This document shows, in pieces, positions 59,337-64,000 of a stretch of 64,000 bases of DNA. The DNA comes from an uncultured Muribaculaceae bacterium (GTDB taxonomy: Bacteria; Bacteroidota; Bacteroidia; Bacteroidales; Muribaculaceae). Location of the stretch: the NCBI GenBank assembly GCA_910587185.1, contig CAJULY010000005.1, forward strand, positions 25,608 to 89,607, in the 5' to 3' direction. The notes under the pieces were generated by a model, which searched no databases, was not told where the DNA came from, and saw only the letters and a list, made by a program, of their open reading frames with translations. Each line of letters begins with the position of its first letter. Position 1 is the stretch's first letter. Made by a program: the position numbers and the translations under genes.

Positions 59337-59391
59337 GCGTAATTAACGGTAACGGCTCAATCGGAACTAAAGGGCCATTTTAATAAGAAGG

Positions 59392-59961
59392 ATGAAAAAA
59401 TTCTTAATCACTTTAATCATGCTCTTTGCTGTAATAAACATTAAGGCACAAGAGCATCTTTCTTTCAAGGGTATTCCAATCGAAGGAAGCATGACAACAT
59501 TCTGTCAGAAACTCAAAGCCAAAGGATTTACTTCGATTGGTCGTGATAACAACATAACGTTGTTTACAGGAGATTTCACTGGGCGTAAAGCTACTGTCGG
59601 CGTGACAGCAACGGATGACGGTAAAAACGTTTTTTCCGTGGTCGTTTTCTTTGACCCAAGCGGTGAATGGAACACCCTTGTTAACACCTACGATTATTAC
59701 AAGAATCTATACACTCGTAAATATGGCGATCCTACAATTTCAAAAGAAAACAATCCAGCACATTCAGATTCCAATACTGCTTTAATGGCGGAAGTTTATC
59801 AGGGAACTGTCGTGTATGGCAGCGCATGGGAAGTGACAGGCGGTGACATACAACTTTCAATCGAAAAAACTTCAGGTATCTATGAGGGTATGGTGATGAT
59901 ACGCTATCGTGACTCGCAGAATGTTGAAGCAAAAATCAAAAATGATTTAGACGATATCTAA
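59392..59961 (+). CDS. Secreted hypothetical protein
   Basis: Signal peptide ending IKA, then QEHLSFKGIPIEG. Confidence 0.8.
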   Translation: MKKFLITLIMLFAVINIKAQEHLSFKGIPIEGSMTTFCQKLKAKGFTSIGRDNNITLFTGDFTGRKATVGVTATDDGKNVFSVVVFFDPSGEWNTLVNTYDYYKNLYTRKYGDPTISKENNPAHSDSNTALMAEVYQGTVVYGSAWEVTGGDIQLSIEKTSGIYEGMVMIRYRDSQNVEAKIKNDLDDI

Positions 59962-59973
59962 AAACGACGTGTT

Positions 59974-60414
59974 ATGAATAGATTTGCATTGCCATTTCTA
60001 CTGTTGCTTCTCTTTGTGATGTTCGGGTGCACGGATAAAGCACCGAAATCATCTACAAAAGAGGATGCAAAAGAGCAGTTTGCACAAACTTATGATATAG
60101 AACGTTTCAAACTCTTTCCCACCCAAAATATGTGAACATTCATCAAACTTGACACTCAGACTGGACAGATGGGGCAAGTGCAATATAGTATCAAAGGAGA
60201 TGAAGAACGCTTTGAATACGACTTAAATCCTAATCCACTGATCGCGAATGGCAAGAAAGCTAATGGGCGTTTTGAGCTTTATTCCACCCAAAATATCTAT
60301 AATTTCATTCTCCTTGACAAGATTGATGGTAAAACATGGCAAGTCCAGTGGTCGTTCGATGAAGAAAATCGTGCTGTAGTACCTATCAACCTTGCTGTCC
60401 CAGTCACAAATTAG
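59974..60414 (+). pseudogene. Lipoprotein with internal duplication, interrupted by in-frame TGA at 60133
   Basis: MNRFALPFLLLLLFVMFGC lipobox; RFKLFPTQNM*TFIKLD...QVQYS parallels RFELYSTQNIYNFILLD...QVQWS. Confidence 0.75.
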
Positions 60415-60450
60415 GGACGGGTATAGCTAAATTTATAACAAACTGTAAAG

Positions 60451-63066
60451 ATGGCTCTATTGCTCACTTTTGGTTTATGTATTGCTGCTATCGCCATTGT
60501 CGGAATAGTAGCGATACGCCTATTGTTAAAAAAGAAGTCAAAAGAGCTAACTTTACAAGTAGAAAGCATTACTCCTTTTCAAGTCGCTCATAAAAGCAGG
60601 GATGAAATACTAAAACAAGAACACGATCGCTTTTTCAAAGATATTGAGTCTGATTTGGAACAAACCTTCAACGGGCAGTACATAACATATCGGGAAGAAA
60701 AACAGTTTACAGAATATTATACAGAGTTATTCCATGAAGTAAATGATTTTCTTAAACGACTTGAAACATTCCATGTAGAACCGTCAGAAACAATCATAAA
60801 ATTTGTATCTGATTTTGAGAACCTACAGTGGTTCATCAAAAGTCATAACGATAGGTTTATAAAAGAAGAATTGGACACCTATAAGGATTTTTTTGACCAT
60901 TGCCTGAAATATCCATTAGACAATCAACAAAGACGCTCCATTGTCTCAGGCGAGGACAACTGCTTGGTGGTGAGCAGCGCAGGAAGTGGAAAGACATCAT
61001 CCATTGTCGGGAAAGTGAGGTATCTGATTGACATTAAACATGTCAAACCACAAAACATTCTCCTTATAAGCTATACCAACAAGGCGGCAGCCGAACTGAC
61101 AGTGAGGATGGGGATTGAGGGATTGCGCGGTTACACATTCCATAAACTTGCTCTTGATATTATAGGGCGAGTGACAGGGCAGAAACCGTTAATATACAGC
61201 AATACGGACGCACTGTTCTTGAAAATATATCAAGAGTTACTGAATGATGAGAATTTCAAAAAGAGTGTGGTCGAATATTTCTTTGATTACCAAATTCAAG
61301 AACAGGATTTGGAACGGCAAAAGAACGAGCGCAGACAGCAGCTCTCAGAACAAAAAGACACTCGGTTGAAGGCTCAGTTTCCGGATATGGACGGAAAGAC
61401 AGTTTATGTACGAAGCAAACAGGAGCAGAAAATATGCCTTGCTCTGTCGTTGCTTGGCGTGAAATTCAGATATGAGGAACCTTACGAGCATCCATTGGCA
61501 GATGAAATGCACTCGCAATACATGCCGGATTTTTCCATTTATTATGATTGTGATGGAGAAACCAAGAGAATATATCTTGAACATTTTGGTGTGGACGAAC
61601 ACAGTCTTGTCCCAATGTGGTTTGCCAAAGACCGGGGTATTACTTATGAAGAAGCCAATCAGCAATACAATGACGGCATAACATGGAAAAAGGCTGCACA
61701 TGAAAAATTTGGCACGACACTATTGACAACCTCAAGTGCTGATTTTCATTATTACGATATCAGGGACAAACTGAAAATACAACTAGAAAAGGCAGGTGTT
61801 CCTGTCAAAGAAAAAACGGACGCGGAATTATATGATATGGTTCTGCCTCCAAATAGTAAACAGGAAAAATCGTTTATCCGGCTTATCGTCACCTTTGCAA
61901 CATTAATAAAGACAAGCTGCAAATCAATGCATGAGGTTATAAGGCAAGTAAAAAGTATAGGCGATGAACGTAACGAGTTTATTATAAAGAATATTTTTCA
62001 ACTTGTTTATGAGCGATATATTGAAGAATTAAAAAAACTCCATCAGATAGATTTCACGGATGCGATACTGCAAGCTACCGAGATATGCAATTCACTTCAC
62101 CCTGTGAAGTATGATTATATTATAATAGATGAATTCCAAGATATATCTGTTGACCGATATAATTTTTTGAAAGCTCTTCGGAAAGGCAATCCCCCTGCGA
62201 AATTATACTGTGTTGGAGATGATTGGCAATCTATATATCGTTTCTCAGGCAGTGATATGGCACTTTTCAATCAGTTCACGGACTTTTTCGGTCGAACAGA
62301 TATCAACAAGATTGAAACGACATACCGCTTTGGCGAACCATTGGTTAGCTTGTCATCGAATTTTATACAGCAGAACGGGACTCAAATAAAAAAGGACATA
62401 CATCCATTTAACTCAGAGGCTAAGACCGAACTGTATTTTTACGAGTACGATCGAGCCAATTATTGCGACGTTATCGAACAGTTGGTTTCGTCAATTCCTT
62501 TGGATAAATCCATTTTCCTATTAGGACGATATTCATTTGACGATTACTATTTGTCATACAGGTATCAATCTACGAAAGAGGGCGACAGATTTTACTATTT
62601 TGTCGGAAACAGGAAAATAGAGTTTTTGACAGCCCACAAATCCAAAGGTCTTGAAGCAGACTATGTGATAATTCTCCAATGCAATAAGGACACTTACGGA
62701 TTTCCCTCTCTTGTCAGTGATGACCCTGTACTAAATTATGTTTTGACAAGGAGTGACCAATATCCTTATGGAGAAGAACGGAGATTGTTCTATGTTGCGA
62801 TTACAAGGGCCAAAATAAAGACTTTCGTATTATATGACAAGCGTTTCCCATCTGTGTTCGTTGATGAATTTTTGCACCCTGAAAAAATAACTGAAAAAAG
62901 TTATGAAAAACACCCAAATGCGAATAAACGATGGACATGTAATGCCGATAAATATCTGATGAAGCTTTATAATGAGGGAAAAAGCATAAAATATATTGCC
63001 GCAAAAATGGGAAGGAGCCAAACATCAATAGTGATGCGCATAGGGAAACTGGAAGGTAACAAATAA
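60451..63066 (+). CDS. Membrane-anchored UvrD/helicase IV-like SF1 helicase with nuclease-like insertion
   Basis: N-terminal TM; SAGSGKT, YTNKAA, TFH, IDEFQD, GDDWQSIYRF, HKSKGLE, EERRLFYVAITRAK; insert RSKQE...YE...PDF...YLEHFG. Confidence 0.88.
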   Translation: MALLLTFGLCIAAIAIVGIVAIRLLLKKKSKELTLQVESITPFQVAHKSRDEILKQEHDRFFKDIESDLEQTFNGQYITYREEKQFTEYYTELFHEVNDFLKRLETFHVEPSETIIKFVSDFENLQWFIKSHNDRFIKEELDTYKDFFDHCLKYPLDNQQRRSIVSGEDNCLVVSSAGSGKTSSIVGKVRYLIDIKHVKPQNILLISYTNKAAAELTVRMGIEGLRGYTFHKLALDIIGRVTGQKPLIYSNTDALFLKIYQELLNDENFKKSVVEYFFDYQIQEQDLERQKNERRQQLSEQKDTRLKAQFPDMDGKTVYVRSKQEQKICLALSLLGVKFRYEEPYEHPLADEMHSQYMPDFSIYYDCDGETKRIYLEHFGVDEHSLVPMWFAKDRGITYEEANQQYNDGITWKKAAHEKFGTTLLTTSSADFHYYDIRDKLKIQLEKAGVPVKEKTDAELYDMVLPPNSKQEKSFIRLIVTFATLIKTSCKSMHEVIRQVKSIGDERNEFIIKNIFQLVYERYIEELKKLHQIDFTDAILQATEICNSLHPVKYDYIIIDEFQDISVDRYNFLKALRKGNPPAKLYCVGDDWQSIYRFSGSDMALFNQFTDFFGRTDINKIETTYRFGEPLVSLSSNFIQQNGTQIKKDIHPFNSEAKTELYFYEYDRANYCDVIEQLVSSIPLDKSIFLLGRYSFDDYYLSYRYQSTKEGDRFYYFVGNRKIEFLTAHKSKGLEADYVIILQCNKDTYGFPSLVSDDPVLNYVLTRSDQYPYGEERRLFYVAITRAKIKTFVLYDKRFPSVFVDEFLHPEKITEKSYEKHPNANKRWTCNADKYLMKLYNEGKSIKYIAAKMGRSQTSIVMRIGKLEGNK

Positions 63067-63208
63067 CTAAAGGCCATTGTCTATTTATAATCCTACATGT
63101 CCTTGGTCACTATCAATCTTCCAATCATATCGACCTTCCGCGATATCTCCAACCTCATTGAGTGTGTGGTGATGTTTTATTTCCGTCCTATGTTTTTTGT
63201 TCGCTGCG

Positions 63209-63300
63209 CTATGAAAGAGCCGGGCGATAACGTAGCAATACAGGGAGTGGGTTGTTAGAATGGATTGGGAAGGTTGTGTTTGTCGGTGCCGGTTCTAAAG
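63209..63300 (+). repeat. 92-bp perfect direct repeat, right copy
   Basis: Identical to 58897-58988. Confidence 0.95.
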
Positions 63301-63318
63301 TTGGTCTGATTGGATGGA

Positions 63319-63448
63319 TTGGGGTTGCGGGAAAGGACTTGTCGGACATTTCGGACATGTCGGCCGGCCGCTGCGTTCCATGGCCGGTTAATTATTGCAC
63401 GCACCCGGGGCTTGTCTATCATGTTTTCTTCATTAATTCAACCGCATT
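63319..63448. repeat. Second copy of the dispersed ~130-bp intergenic repeat (see 1494-1624)
   Basis: GGGGTT-CGGGAAAGGAC--GTCGGACATTTCGGACA-GTCGG...TTAATTCAACCGCATT shared. Confidence 0.85.
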
Positions 63449-63616
63449 TAAAAGACATATTAGCCGGAATTGGGACAGGTCTTCAGGCAGGATATAGCAT
63501 GGGCTGTCAGAAGAGGGGGAGTAGCCGGGCGGTAAGGAGTAGTCGGACCGGGGTCAACGGCCTTCCGTTGACTGGTAAAAGTTTTCCAAAATTTCAATGT
63601 TCTCTTTGCCATGATT

Positions 63617-63838
63617 GGTTCCGGGGGAAGGACGGGTCCGAGGGGGGCCATTTTTCCCGGGAACTCCTTTTACATCGCAAAGCGATGTCCGTACAAGTGG
63701 GTGGAGGGTTCCGGGGGGAGGACGGGTCCGAGGGGGCCATTTTTTCCAGAGACTCCTTTTACATGCCGAAGGCATGTCCCTACAGATGAGCGAGTTGCGG
63801 GGGGGGGAGGAGGACGGGTTCTTTTTCCGGAGGAGGGG
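63617..63838. repeat. ~90-bp tandem repeat (2 full + 1 partial) containing REP-like palindromes
   Basis: Units start at 63617 and 63707; hairpins ACATCGC-AAA-GCGATGT and ACATGCC-GAA-GGCATGT. Confidence 0.8.
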
Positions 63839-63853
63839 CGGTCATGGCGCCGC

Positions 63854-64000
63854 TTAGAAGAGCGGGACTGACGGGCAGTCTTCTGGTTCAGGGAGATAGA
63901 TCTGATTTAGGATTGAGAGGTCGGGAGGGATGCCGAGCAGGACTTCCCTTTCGATCAGCTCTTCTTCGGGAGGCGGATCGGGAGGCTGGGCGAGGTCGAG
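63854..64000 (-). CDS. C-terminal end of an unidentified gene entering from the right edge
   Basis: Open frame ...RLPEEELIEREVLLGIPPDLSILNQIYLPEPEDCPSVPLF*; too short to assign. Confidence 0.35.
   Translation of the reverse strand, partial: LDLAQPPDPPPEEELIEREVLLGIPPDLSILNQIYLPEPEDCPSVPLF

Noticed and set aside
60133..60135. Selenocysteine or recoded TGA
   Set aside because: The position corresponds to an aromatic residue, not Cys; no evident SECIS hairpin; other genes here use TGA as stop.
63617..63838. CRISPR array
   Set aside because: Only 2-3 units, similar along their whole length, with no unique spacers.
63252..63871. ORFs over the terminal repeat region
   Set aside because: Low-complexity translations of non-coding repeats.

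Overview
Bacterial chromosomal window, almost certainly Bacteroidales (SusC/SusD, type V fimbrillins, porX-tsaE, sprE/porW, TAnnTTTG promoters). The fairly GC-rich core is compatible with Muribaculaceae (inference). Bases 1-41.4 kb are mostly housekeeping: xerD, trmH-like, serS, panB, three FKBP PPIases, cobB, ribH, kpsF-like, sulfatase, birA, asnA, addA-like, dnaX, aroA, T9SS genes and tRNA-Lys(CTT). From the tRNA onward the window is accessory. (i) A 7.5-kb integrase-less island is bounded by a duplicated tRNA 3' end and carries HicAB, an AraC-redox module, a decayed sigma54-type regulator, an AAA ATPase and an NDT/TIR-like protein. (ii) An Fe-S/oxidoreductase region has AraC and OxyR-like regulators. 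(iii) A 4.2-kb AT-rich cassette lies between perfect 92-bp direct repeats, with a long rod-like structured leader and a membrane-anchored UvrD helicase that contains a nuclease-like insert. The best unexplained signals are non-coding: a 20-bp perfect inverted repeat around a structured 156-nt insert that ends at the serS start codon, a G7 tract that frameshifts the SusC signal peptide, the structured leader at 59.1-59.3 kb, and REP-like hairpins with compensatory substitutions at 63.6-63.8 kb. All family assignments are from motif recognition by eye; no searches were run.
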